A DNA stretch of 32,000 bases from assembly GCA_934177485.1 (NCBI GenBank), contig CAKPPF010000001.1, forward strand, positions 324,105 through 356,104, read 5' to 3'. Made by a program: the position numbers and the translations under genes. Source of the DNA: an uncultured Clostridia bacterium. GTDB lineage: Bacteria > Bacillota > Clostridia > TANB77 > CAG-508. Positions 9,582 through 18,688 of the stretch are shown here, one piece after another (positions within the stretch are counted from its first letter, which is position 1; the number at the start of each line of letters is the position of its first letter). The notes beneath the pieces were generated by a model. The model ran no database searches. It saw only the letters and a list, made by a program, of their open reading frames with translations, and had not been told where the DNA came from.

Positions 9582-10505
9582 TTAAGCATTTGCTTGCAAT
9601 AGTGGCAATATTTGTTTTTTTCTTGAAACAACTCCAGGAAGAAAAGTTCTATTATTTTCTAGTTTTAAATTATATGCTTTTTCAAATATATCTAGTTTGT
9701 TTCCAAGAACTATGGCTTCAGAGTTACTGTTTATTATATCTGTAATAGCAAACATAAATAAATCTAAATTTTCTTTTTCAATATCAGAATTTATTGCTTT
9801 TTCAATATCAGTTTGATTTGCTAATACTTCATTTATATCAGCGGTATTTACTTGAGCAATTTTTACTTTTTTTCCATTCATGTCAACAATTTTAGCATCT
9901 AAATTAATAAGTTCATTAGCTGAATAATCAGATAAATCTGTACCAGCTTTTAACATATCTAACCCATAAGAATTGACATCTATATCTGCAATTTTAGCTA
10001 AGGCTTCTAATGCCTCAATATCTTTTTGAGTAGTGGTTGGAGATTTCAAAAGCAATGTGTCAGATATTATTGCACTAGCCATTAATGTTGCTTCAAGTTT
10101 ATCTATCTGTATATTTGAGTCTTTAAACATTCCGTAAAGAATTGTAGAAGTACATCCATAAGGTCTTGCTGTGTAATATAGTGGCTCAGAAGTTTGAAAA
10201 TTACATATTCTGTGATGATCTATTACCCCTATAATTTTAGCATTCTCGATTCCATCAACACTTTGTGAAAATTCATTATGATCTACTAATATTACTTTTT
10301 GGCCAGCTTCAACATTAGATATTAACATTGGTGCCTCAATTTTTAAGTAATCTAAAACAAATTGAGTTTCTTTATTAATATTTCCAAGTCTTACAGGAAC
10401 AACTGTAATATTGTTTTTTTTCTTTTCTAAAATTGACTTAACTAAAGCTGAACATATTGTATCTGTATCTGGACTTTTATGCCCAAAAACTAAAATATTT
10501 TCCAT
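9582..10505 (-). CDS. ppaC: Manganese-dependent inorganic pyrophosphatase (family II, DHH)
   Basis: Start at the ATG preceded by GGAGGAA (MENILVFGHKSPDTDTICS). DHH motifs LVDHNE and VIDHHR, about 307 aa. Confidence 0.9.
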   Translation of the reverse strand: MENILVFGHKSPDTDTICSALVKSILEKKKNNITVVPVRLGNINKETQFVLDYLKIEAPMLISNVEAGQKVILVDHNEFSQSVDGIENAKIIGVIDHHRICNFQTSEPLYYTARPYGCTSTILYGMFKDSNIQIDKLEATLMASAIISDTLLLKSPTTTQKDIEALEALAKIADIDVNSYGLDMLKAGTDLSDYSANELINLDAKIVDMNGKKVKIAQVNTADINEVLANQTDIEKAINSDIEKENLDLFMFAITDIINSNSEAIVLGNKLDIFEKAYNLKLENNRTFLPGVVSRKKQILPLLQANA

Positions 10506-10656
10506 ATTTAATTCCTCCATTTCTTCTTTAAACAATAGATATATTATCATACGAGGCAATAATAATCAATAGTTTGAAAAGAATTTGTGAATGATGGTTT
10601 GTACTTGTTTTTTTATGCTAAATGTGTTAAAATTTTCATGTACATTGGAGGTAAAA

Positions 10657-12033
10657 ATGGAACAACTAGAAATAAAGAAGCAAAAAGAATTTATAAAAAA
10701 AGTAAAAGAAATTAATATAAATAAAGAACTAAAATATTATATATTAACAATGGGATGTAGTCTAAATGAAAACGATTCTGAAAAAATTTGTGGTATGCTA
10801 GAAGAAATGGGATACCAAAAAACAGGAAATCAGAATAATGCAGATATTATTATATTTAATACTTGCTGTATTAGAGAAAATGCTGAGGATAAGTTATTTG
10901 GAAAACTTGGTGAAGTTAAAAAAGTTCATGAGAATAGAGGAACAATAATTGCAATTGGTGGTTGCATGATGCAGGAAAAACATATATTAGAAAAACTTAA
11001 TAGGAGTTATCCATATGTAGATATAATATTTGGAACTCATACATTACATAAATTGCCAGAAGATATTTTTAACATATTAGAGCATAATACAAAAATTGAA
11101 GATATACTTGATATTGATGGGAAAATATATGAAAATATACCAATAAAAAGAACAGATTCTGTAAAAGCTCAAGTTACTATTATGTATGGATGCAATAATT
11201 TTTGTAGCTATTGTATTGTGCCATATGTAAGGGGAAGAGAAAGAAGCCGTAAACCAGAAGATATTTTAAACGAAATAAAAGATTTAGCTAAAAATGGTTA
11301 TAAAGAAATAATGTTATTAGGGCAGAATGTAAATTCATATAATGGTGGAGAAAATTATAATTTTGCAAATTTGCTAAAAGATATAAATGAAATAAATGGA
11401 ATTGAAATTATAAGGTTTATATCTCCACATCCTAAAGATTTTACAGATGATGTTATAGAGGCAATAGCTAATTCTACAAAAGTTTCAAAATGTATACATT
11501 TGCCATTACAATCTGGAAGTACTAATGTATTAAAAAGTATGAACAGAAAATATACAAAAGAGCAATATTTGGAATTAGTTGATAAAATGAAAAGAAAAAT
11601 TCCTGATTTGTCTTTAACAACAGATATAATTGTTGGATTTCCAGGAGAAACTGAAGAAGATTTTGAAGATACATTAGATGTGGTAAAAAAAGTAGGCTTT
11701 GAACAAGTATTTATGTTTATATATTCAAGAAGAAGAGGAACTGTAGCAGATCAAATGAAAAATCAAATTCCTGAAGACATAAAGCATAAAAGATTTGATA
11801 GATTAAAAGAATTAGTAGAAAAACAAATTGAAGAAAATAATGACAAATATGTTGGAACTATTCAAAAAATTCTTATTGATGGAAAAAGTAAAAATAATGA
11901 AAATAAACTAAGTGGAAGAACAACTAGTAATAAGGTTGTAATAATTGATGCTGATGAATCATACATAAATAAATCAATTAATGTTAAAATAGTAGAAAAT
12001 TGTAAATGGTATTTAAGAGGAGAAATAGCATAA
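10657..12033 (+). CDS. miaB: tRNA-2-methylthio-N6-dimethylallyladenosine synthase
   Basis: ATG at 10657 after GGAGGT. N-terminal MTTase domain, radical-SAM CNNFCSYC and a C-terminal TRAM-like end. Sits upstream of mutS as in many Firmicutes. Confidence 0.85.
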   Translation: MEQLEIKKQKEFIKKVKEININKELKYYILTMGCSLNENDSEKICGMLEEMGYQKTGNQNNADIIIFNTCCIRENAEDKLFGKLGEVKKVHENRGTIIAIGGCMMQEKHILEKLNRSYPYVDIIFGTHTLHKLPEDIFNILEHNTKIEDILDIDGKIYENIPIKRTDSVKAQVTIMYGCNNFCSYCIVPYVRGRERSRKPEDILNEIKDLAKNGYKEIMLLGQNVNSYNGGENYNFANLLKDINEINGIEIIRFISPHPKDFTDDVIEAIANSTKVSKCIHLPLQSGSTNVLKSMNRKYTKEQYLELVDKMKRKIPDLSLTTDIIVGFPGETEEDFEDTLDVVKKVGFEQVFMFIYSRRRGTVADQMKNQIPEDIKHKRFDRLKELVEKQIEENNDKYVGTIQKILIDGKSKNNENKLSGRTTSNKVVIIDADESYINKSINVKIVENCKWYLRGEIA

Positions 12034-12671
12034 TGAATGTGAATGGTTTAGAACAACATGAAAGAGTAGAACAAGCATATAAACTTATAATGCAAGAAGG
12101 TCTTTCTTTAAGAGCTGCATCAGAGCAGGTTGGAATTGAAAGAAAAAAATTAAAAACTTTAATAGAAAACACGCTAAATGAAGAAGAAATGGTAAAATTT
12201 CAGGATAGAGTTAGTAGCAAAAACAAAAAAGAAAAAAATACAGGAAGAGTTGGTAGAGATAAAAAGAAAAAAGCTCTAGAATCTGATGAGTATATAATTG
12301 CAATAGGAGAACTTGCTAAAAGAAAAATATTACCAGAGTGGATAGATGAAATCTATTTAAGATGTCAAGAAAAAAAGCAAACTAAGATTGCAAAAGATAC
12401 ATTAGCAATAAAACTTGTTGAGCTATTGGAATATTTTGACAAAAGAAACGATGAAATTCAAGAGGATTCTCCACAATATTTAACATCTGAGGATGTTGTT
12501 GACATGATTTTAAGATGTCCGAGATTAATAACAATGGGACTTGAAAAAAATATTATTGTAAAAATTGATGCAATAACCTCAAAAAATAACGGAAATATAA
12601 GAGAAGCAAACAATCAAATAAGAAATAACCCAAGTATTTTTACTAAAAGTTTAGAACAAATAACAAAGTAA
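12033..12671 (+). CDS. Hypothetical protein with N-terminal HTH-like segment
   Basis: Its ATG overlaps the miaB stop (TAATG). GLSLRAASEQVGIERKKLKTLIE looks like a helix-turn-helix, followed by a Lys-rich linker. The C-terminal half carries two P-x-(L/I)-(I/F)-T-x-(G/S)-L-E motifs. Confidence 0.5.
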   Translation: MNVNGLEQHERVEQAYKLIMQEGLSLRAASEQVGIERKKLKTLIENTLNEEEMVKFQDRVSSKNKKEKNTGRVGRDKKKKALESDEYIIAIGELAKRKILPEWIDEIYLRCQEKKQTKIAKDTLAIKLVELLEYFDKRNDEIQEDSPQYLTSEDVVDMILRCPRLITMGLEKNIIVKIDAITSKNNGNIREANNQIRNNPSIFTKSLEQITK

Positions 12672-12685
12672 AGAAGGAGAAAAAA

Positions 12686-15295
12686 ATGGCAGAATATTCA
12701 CCAATGATGCAACATTATATTGCAACAAAAGAACAATATAAAGATTGTATATTGTTTTATAGATTAGGAGATTTTTATGAGATGTTTTTCGATGATGCTA
12801 TAACAGCATCTAGAGAGCTAGAATTAACATTAACAGGTAAAGACTGTGGACAAGAAGAAAGAGCACCTATGTGTGGAATTCCATTTCATGCTGCAGAAAT
12901 ATATATATCAAGACTAATAGGAAAAGGATATAAGGTGGCAATATGTGAACAGTTAGAAGATCCTAAATTTGCAAAAGGAATAGTCAAAAGAGATGTTATA
13001 AGAGTTGTAACTCCAGGTACGGTTATAGAATCTAATATGCTAGATGAGAAAAAAAATAACTATATAATGTCTATATATAAAACAGGATTATTTTTTGGAA
13101 TGGCGGTATGTGATATATCTACCGGAGATTTTTTTGCTACACAAATTACTGAAACTAATAATTTTGCTAGACTATTAGATGAAATATCAAGATATTCTCC
13201 AGCTGAAATTGTAGTAAACGATATGATGTTTGCATCAACAGAAGAAAAAGAAAAAATAAGAGATAGGTTTGAATGCTATATTTCGCTTGAAAAAGATTTA
13301 AGTTATGAAAATGACTATGAAAATATATTAAAAGAATATAATGTATATAACGAAGGAAAAAAACTAAACGAAATAGAAAATAAGAACTTATCAATAATAG
13401 CTTCAAATGGATTGATTACATATTTAAATGAAACTCAAAAAATAAAATTAGAACATATAAATAGAATAAACTTATACAGTGTTTCAAAATATATGTCATT
13501 AGATTTAAATACAAGAAGAAATCTTGAATTGACAGAAAAGATGAGAGATAAATCAAAAAAAGGTACCTTACTTTGGGTATTAGACAAAACATCAACCTCA
13601 ATGGGAGGAAGAATGTTAAGACGCTGGATAAATGATCCGCTAATTGACGTAAATGAAATAAATAAAAGATTAGATTCAGTAAAAGAACTAAAAGATAGTC
13701 AAATGTTAAAAGGCGAAATTATAGATAGCCTAAAAAGAGTATATGATATAGAAAGACTAATAGGAAAAATATCTTACGGAAATGCAAATGGCAGAGATTT
13801 AATATCACTAAAAAATTCTTTAGGACAGTTACCAGACTTAAAACTAGTTTTAAGCAAATGTAATTCAAAATTATTAAAAGAACTTTATGAAGAACTAGAT
13901 GAATTAAAAGATGTCTATAAACTAATTGATGAATCAATAGTTGAAGAACCACCAATATCAGTAAAGGAAGGTGGATTAATAAAACTAGGATATAATGATG
14001 AAATAGATGAATATAAAACGGCAACAACAGATGGAAAAAAATGGATTATAGAATTAGAGGCTAAAGAAAAAGAAGCAACAGGAATAAAAAACTTAAAGGT
14101 TGGATATAATAAAGTTTTTGGATATTATTTTGAAGTAACTAAATCTTACTTAGCTCAAGTACCAGATAGGTATATTAGAAAACAAACTTTAACAGGAGCT
14201 GAAAGATATATAACAGAAGAACTTAAAGACTTAGAAGAAAAGACAATAGGTGCTCAAGAAAAACTAATTGATTTAGAATATAAAGTTTTTCAAGAAGTAA
14301 GAGCAAATATTTCATCACAGATACAAAGAATACAGAAAACAGCAAATGTGGTTGCAACACTTGATGTTATAGCATCATTTGCAACAGTAGCCTTGGATTT
14401 AAATTATTGCTTACCAATAGTAGATAATAGTGGAGAAATAAATATAAAAGAAGGTAGACATCCAGTAATAGAAAAAATGTTACCATCAGGAAGTTTTGTC
14501 GCAAATGACACATATTTAAATAAAGAAAGTGACAGATTATCAATAATAACAGGACCTAATATGGCGGGTAAATCTACATATATGAGACAAGTTGCATTAA
14601 TTACTTTAATGGCTCAAATTGGAAGTTTCGTTCCTGCAAGTTATGCAAAAATTGGTGTTGTAGATAAAATATTTACAAGAGTTGGAGCTTCAGACGATTT
14701 GAGTATGGGGCAAAGTACTTTTATGGTTGAAATGATGGAAGTGGCTAATATATTAAAAGATGCCACAAGTAATAGTTTTGTAATTCTAGATGAAATAGGA
14801 AGAGGAACGTCAACATATGATGGACTATCTATCGCTTGGGCGGTTGCAGAATATATTGCAAATAAAGAAAAATGCGGAGCAAAAACTTTATTTGCTACAC
14901 ATTATCATGAATTAACAGAACTTGAAAATAAATTAGAGGGCGTAAAAAATTACTCAATAGCTGTAAAGGAAAAAGGAGAAGATATAATCTTTTTAAGAAA
15001 AATCATTAAAGGAGGAACAGATGAAAGTTATGGTATACATGTAGCAAAACTCGCAGGTGTACCACAAGAAGTAGTTAAAAGTGCAAATGAAATACTAAAG
15101 GGACTAGAAAGAAAAAGTATATTAATTAATAAAGAAAAAACAAAAGAGGACAAAAAACAAGTAGTGGGACAATTAGATATGTATAATTATAAACTTGCAG
15201 ATATTGCTCATGAATTAGACAAAATTAATGTAAATGAACTTACTCCAATAGATGCGTTAAATATATTGGTAAAACTAAAAGATGTGGCATCATAA
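12686..15295 (+). CDS. mutS: DNA mismatch repair protein MutS
   Basis: SPMMQHY N-terminus, Walker A GPNMAGKSTYMRQ, DEIGRGTSTYDG, 869 aa. Confidence 0.97.
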   Translation: MAEYSPMMQHYIATKEQYKDCILFYRLGDFYEMFFDDAITASRELELTLTGKDCGQEERAPMCGIPFHAAEIYISRLIGKGYKVAICEQLEDPKFAKGIVKRDVIRVVTPGTVIESNMLDEKKNNYIMSIYKTGLFFGMAVCDISTGDFFATQITETNNFARLLDEISRYSPAEIVVNDMMFASTEEKEKIRDRFECYISLEKDLSYENDYENILKEYNVYNEGKKLNEIENKNLSIIASNGLITYLNETQKIKLEHINRINLYSVSKYMSLDLNTRRNLELTEKMRDKSKKGTLLWVLDKTSTSMGGRMLRRWINDPLIDVNEINKRLDSVKELKDSQMLKGEIIDSLKRVYDIERLIGKISYGNANGRDLISLKNSLGQLPDLKLVLSKCNSKLLKELYEELDELKDVYKLIDESIVEEPPISVKEGGLIKLGYNDEIDEYKTATTDGKKWIIELEAKEKEATGIKNLKVGYNKVFGYYFEVTKSYLAQVPDRYIRKQTLTGAERYITEELKDLEEKTIGAQEKLIDLEYKVFQEVRANISSQIQRIQKTANVVATLDVIASFATVALDLNYCLPIVDNSGEINIKEGRHPVIEKMLPSGSFVANDTYLNKESDRLSIITGPNMAGKSTYMRQVALITLMAQIGSFVPASYAKIGVVDKIFTRVGASDDLSMGQSTFMVEMMEVANILKDATSNSFVILDEIGRGTSTYDGLSIAWAVAEYIANKEKCGAKTLFATHYHELTELENKLEGVKNYSIAVKEKGEDIIFLRKIIKGGTDESYGIHVAKLAGVPQEVVKSANEILKGLERKSILINKEKTKEDKKQVVGQLDMYNYKLADIAHELDKINVNELTPIDALNILVKLKDVAS

Positions 15296-15309
15296 ATCAA
15301 GATAAAGAC

Positions 15310-15338
15310 TTTACATAAACAACAAAAAGTGATATACT
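15310..15338 (+). promoter_or_regulatory. Predicted promoter of the small Cys-rich ORF
   Basis: TTTACA (15310-15315), 17-nt spacer, TGaTATACT extended -10 (15333-15338). Confidence 0.5.
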
Positions 15339-15391
15339 ATGTATGCAGCTCTTGATAATAGAGTAAGTAACACGAAAGGTGAGAGTCTAGG

Positions 15392-15571
15392 ATGAGTAAT
15401 AACCAAAAATCATCACATATACAGTGCGACAACAATTGCGATCGCTGCTATATGTACGAGGACTGTCCTCATTTTGAGGATCACAAATCCGAACGTAACG
15501 GCTTGATTAAACGGTTAAAAAAACTGTTTAAAAAAAAGGATAAAGTTATAAGGACTTATCCTTTCAAGTAA
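15392..15571 (+). CDS. Small Cys-rich basic protein, 59 aa (below the ORF-track cut-off)
   Basis: AGGTGA 9 nt upstream. Translation is MSNNQKSSHIQCDNNCDRCYMYEDCPHFEDHKSERNGLIKRLKKLFKKKDKVIRTYPFK. It has its own promoter and terminator. G+C is visibly higher than in the neighbouring genes. Confidence 0.5.
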   Translation: MSNNQKSSHIQCDNNCDRCYMYEDCPHFEDHKSERNGLIKRLKKLFKKKDKVIRTYPFK

Positions 15572-15657
15572 GAGCTAATGCCTTTGACATTTCCTCATTT
15601 GATTCGGAAACCCAAATCGGCAAAAACAAAGGGTGACTTAGGTCACTCTTTGTTTTT
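15572..15657 (-). repeat. Mosaic hairpin repeat, copy C (M2-M1, reverse), which also acts as terminator of the small ORF
   Basis: GCCTTTGACATTTCCTCATTTGATTCGGAAACCCAAATCGGC, then AAAAACAAAGGGTGAC-ttag-GTCACTCTTTGTTTTT. Confidence 0.85.
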
Positions 15658-15684
15658 GTATATATGTCAATTGGTGCCAAATGG

Positions 15685-15760
15685 TTGTCAGTGGGGACGG
15701 AGTTTTTTGACAGAATTTTTCAAAATAAATTCTGTCAAAAAACTCCGTCCCCATTGACAA
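15685..15760. repeat. 34-bp inverted repeat (hairpin with 8-nt loop), probable bidirectional terminator at the asnB 3' end
   Basis: TTGTCAGTGGGGACGGAGTTTTTTGACAGAATTT (15685-15718) pairs with AAATTCTGTCAAAAAACTCCGTCCCCATTGACAA (15727-15760). The only imperfection is one G.T position. Confidence 0.85.
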
Positions 15761-15764
15761 TAAG

Positions 15765-17618
15765 TTACAAAATGATTTCAGGTTTATATGTTTCTAGCCA
15801 CATATTAACTTGGCATAGATAAGCCATAAGCTGAGGACCAGTCATGAGTTGACCAAACCATGGTCTAGAGAATGCACTACCATCTGTTTTTAATATATTT
15901 AATATATAATCTTTATTTAGTAAGCTATTTATTGGGGCATTTGGGTCTTGCATAATTTCTGTAAGCATGCTTTTTACAACTTTTAAATAGCTTGGATTAT
16001 GTGTTTTGGGATATGGACTTTTCTTTCTATTTACAATTTCGTCAGGTAATAAATCTTTTACAACGTGGCGCAATAAGCCTTTTTCTCTTCCGTTATATGC
16101 TTTCATTTCCCATGGTACATTCCACATATATTGAACTAACCTATAGTCACAAAATGGAACACGAAGTTCTAAGCCACTGTGCATACTCATTCTATCAGCT
16201 CTATCAATAAGAGTTTGCATAAACCAATTAATTGTTAAATAAGATATAATTCTTTTCTGTTTGGTATCTTCTGAATCGTTTGAAGCAAATTCAACATTTG
16301 AAATACTTTCATTATATCTAAAATTAATATAATCTTTCAAGTCTATCTTTTCTGATATATTTGTATTCAATAATTCTTGTCTTTCATCTAATGCTATAGA
16401 CCAAGGAAAAGTACCACTATTTAAAGCATCGTCCCTAAAAAACCATGGATATCCTGCAAAAATTTCATCAGAACATTCTCCGGATAAAGCAACTGTTGCA
16501 TAATTCTTTATATTTTTGCAAAACAAAAGCATTGATGAATCTACATCAGCCATACCAGGAAAATCTCTTGCAATCATTGCATCTTTTAAACAATTTGCAA
16601 GCTCTGGAGTATCTAGTACTATTGCATGATGATTAGTATTAAAAGCTTTTTGCATTATGTCTATATAATAATTATCGGAATTTGGTTGAAAATCACTTTT
16701 AACAAAATTCTTATCATTATCTACATAATCAACAGATAATGTTGTTAGTGGAGGCATATTCTTATATTTATAATATTTGCTAGCATAAGCAACAATTATG
16801 CTTGAATCTATACCACCAGAAAGCATTGCACATAAAGGTACATCAGATACTAATTGTCTTTTTATTGAATCATCTAATAAGTAATGTACTTTGTTACATG
16901 TTTCTTCAAAGCTGTCCTTATGTTCTTTTGTTTCCATTTTCCAATATCTAAAACTCTTAAAACCATCTTTATTATAAATTGCATAATGCGCAGGTTTTAT
17001 TTCGAAAATATCTTTAAATACACAAGTACCAGGCGTATGAGCAGGGCCTAATCCAAATAATTCACAGATTCCTTGTTTATCGATTTTAGTTTCAAAGCCA
17101 GGATAATTTAAAATAGCTTTAATTTCAGATGCAAATATTAGTGTGTTATTAAAAATAGTATAATATAAAGGTTTTATTCCAAAATGATCTCTTACAAGAA
17201 TTAGTTCTTGTTTATTTGAATTCCAAATAGCTAAACTAAATATACCATTAAACTCTTTAAAAATTTCAGGTCCATAATAAGCAAAAGCCTTTAAAATGAC
17301 TTCTGTGTCTGAGTAACCATTAAAGTCAAAACCAAGTGCAATCAAACTTTCTCTTAAATCATTTGCATTATATAATTGCCCATTATATACCATAGTGTAT
17401 GTAGTCTCATTATAAGTAAAACTCATTGGTTGTTTACCATTTTGAGCGTCTATAATAGTTAATCTTCTGTGTCCTAAGTTAATGTGTTTACTAGTGAAAA
17501 ATCCTTCTTCATCAGGACCTCGATGAGTAAGTGCTTTAGTTATTTTTTTTAATATAGCAATATTATTTTCATCTGATATATCATTATTTAAATTACAAAA
17601 ACCAGAATAACCACACAT
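15765..17618 (-). CDS. asnB: Asparagine synthase (glutamine-hydrolysing)
   Basis: GGAGG RBS. N-terminal MCG nucleophile, PP-loop LSGGIDSS, 617 aa. Confidence 0.9.
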   Translation of the reverse strand: MCGYSGFCNLNNDISDENNIAILKKITKALTHRGPDEEGFFTSKHINLGHRRLTIIDAQNGKQPMSFTYNETTYTMVYNGQLYNANDLRESLIALGFDFNGYSDTEVILKAFAYYGPEIFKEFNGIFSLAIWNSNKQELILVRDHFGIKPLYYTIFNNTLIFASEIKAILNYPGFETKIDKQGICELFGLGPAHTPGTCVFKDIFEIKPAHYAIYNKDGFKSFRYWKMETKEHKDSFEETCNKVHYLLDDSIKRQLVSDVPLCAMLSGGIDSSIIVAYASKYYKYKNMPPLTTLSVDYVDNDKNFVKSDFQPNSDNYYIDIMQKAFNTNHHAIVLDTPELANCLKDAMIARDFPGMADVDSSMLLFCKNIKNYATVALSGECSDEIFAGYPWFFRDDALNSGTFPWSIALDERQELLNTNISEKIDLKDYINFRYNESISNVEFASNDSEDTKQKRIISYLTINWFMQTLIDRADRMSMHSGLELRVPFCDYRLVQYMWNVPWEMKAYNGREKGLLRHVVKDLLPDEIVNRKKSPYPKTHNPSYLKVVKSMLTEIMQDPNAPINSLLNKDYILNILKTDGSAFSRPWFGQLMTGPQLMAYLCQVNMWLETYKPEIIL

Positions 17619-17731
17619 AAAAAACCTCCATAAATAAAAATTTACTATAATTAATATATGAAAAAATATTTAAAAACTTGACAAAAATAAAAAAAGAATG
17701 TTATTCTAAATTTATAAAGGAGTGATTAGAT

Positions 17732-18661
17732 ATGGATAATGAAGAATTTAAAAGTAAATATATATCATATGAAGCTAGAATAAGGGATATATATAGTAAA
17801 TATAAGGTAACAGATGTAATTGTGCATAAAAGTAACACCGGAAAAGATTTTGAAAAAATTATAGGTAAAAAGTATTATTTTGCAATATCAGACCAGCAAA
17901 AGTATGAAAAAGTATTTGAGGCAGCTGAAAAGGTACGAGAAGAACTAAAAAAAGAATCCAAAACCACTCTTCCGGAAACTGAGCTTATAACACCCAGTGA
18001 GTTATTTAAGCTTAAAAATTTATCATTATTAAATCCAAATGATCCATATGATGAATTATGTTCTAATTTTTTACCGCGTGAAGAAGATGAAAAAATACGT
18101 TCTGAATCTGAATCATGCGAAGAAGATAAAAAAAATAGAAACAAAAAAATTAACATTAAATCTAAGCCAAAAAAGTTTGATAAAATTAAGAAATATGTAG
18201 TAAGAGCTATAAAAATTGTAGCAGTTTCAACTGTAGTAGCGTGCTCTGTACTTTTGCCTGAAGCATATAAGCAAAAGGTTGCTATAGAATCTTTATCAAT
18301 ACTTAAAGATAATCTAAATGCTGCAACAGTATGGGACAATTCTACTTACTTAAGTTCAGGGTCTTACTTAACACGTGTTGAAATCAATGGAAATAATGGA
18401 AAAAAATATGTTTATGAAGAAGAAGGTGGTGATGGTTACTCTTGTGTACATAAAGATGCAATCAAAAACCAAAAAGTTGTTAATGCTGTAATATGTGTGG
18501 CACATGCTCAAGATGGAAATCTAATAGATGCAATTGAAGCTGATAAAATAACAAAAGAAATGGAAAAAAAACCTTATGAATATAAATATCCGGGAAATGA
18601 TGAAAATATATTAGAAAAAAATGAAAACAATTTAAATGAAAATAGTTATGATGAAAGATAA
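17732..18661 (+). CDS. Hypothetical single-pass membrane protein
   Basis: AAAGGAG RBS. Soluble N-domain, acidic/Lys-rich linker, TM helix (AIKIVAVSTVVACSVLL) and an extracytoplasmic domain of about 130 aa. Ends in SYDER. Confidence 0.6.
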   Translation: MDNEEFKSKYISYEARIRDIYSKYKVTDVIVHKSNTGKDFEKIIGKKYYFAISDQQKYEKVFEAAEKVREELKKESKTTLPETELITPSELFKLKNLSLLNPNDPYDELCSNFLPREEDEKIRSESESCEEDKKNRNKKINIKSKPKKFDKIKKYVVRAIKIVAVSTVVACSVLLPEAYKQKVAIESLSILKDNLNAATVWDNSTYLSSGSYLTRVEINGNNGKKYVYEEEGGDGYSCVHKDAIKNQKVVNAVICVAHAQDGNLIDAIEADKITKEMEKKPYEYKYPGNDENILEKNENNLNENSYDER

Positions 18662-18688
18662 AGGATTATAAATTGAACAGGAGAAAAT

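Noticed and set aside
15425-15450. The C-x3-C-x2-C motif in the 59-aa ORF as a radical-SAM enzyme signature
   Set aside because: The protein is far too small to form a radical-SAM barrel. The spacing is more likely a small metal-binding knuckle or a coincidence.
15392-17618. The asparagine-synthase homologue plus the adjacent small Cys-rich ORF as a lasso-peptide or RiPP cluster
   Set aside because: The 617-aa protein has the full housekeeping AsnB layout (MCG nucleophile, SGGIDSS PP-loop). The two genes are convergent, each with its own terminator. No leader peptidase, RRE or exporter is nearby. The Cys residues sit in the N-terminal half of the peptide rather than in a C-terminal core.
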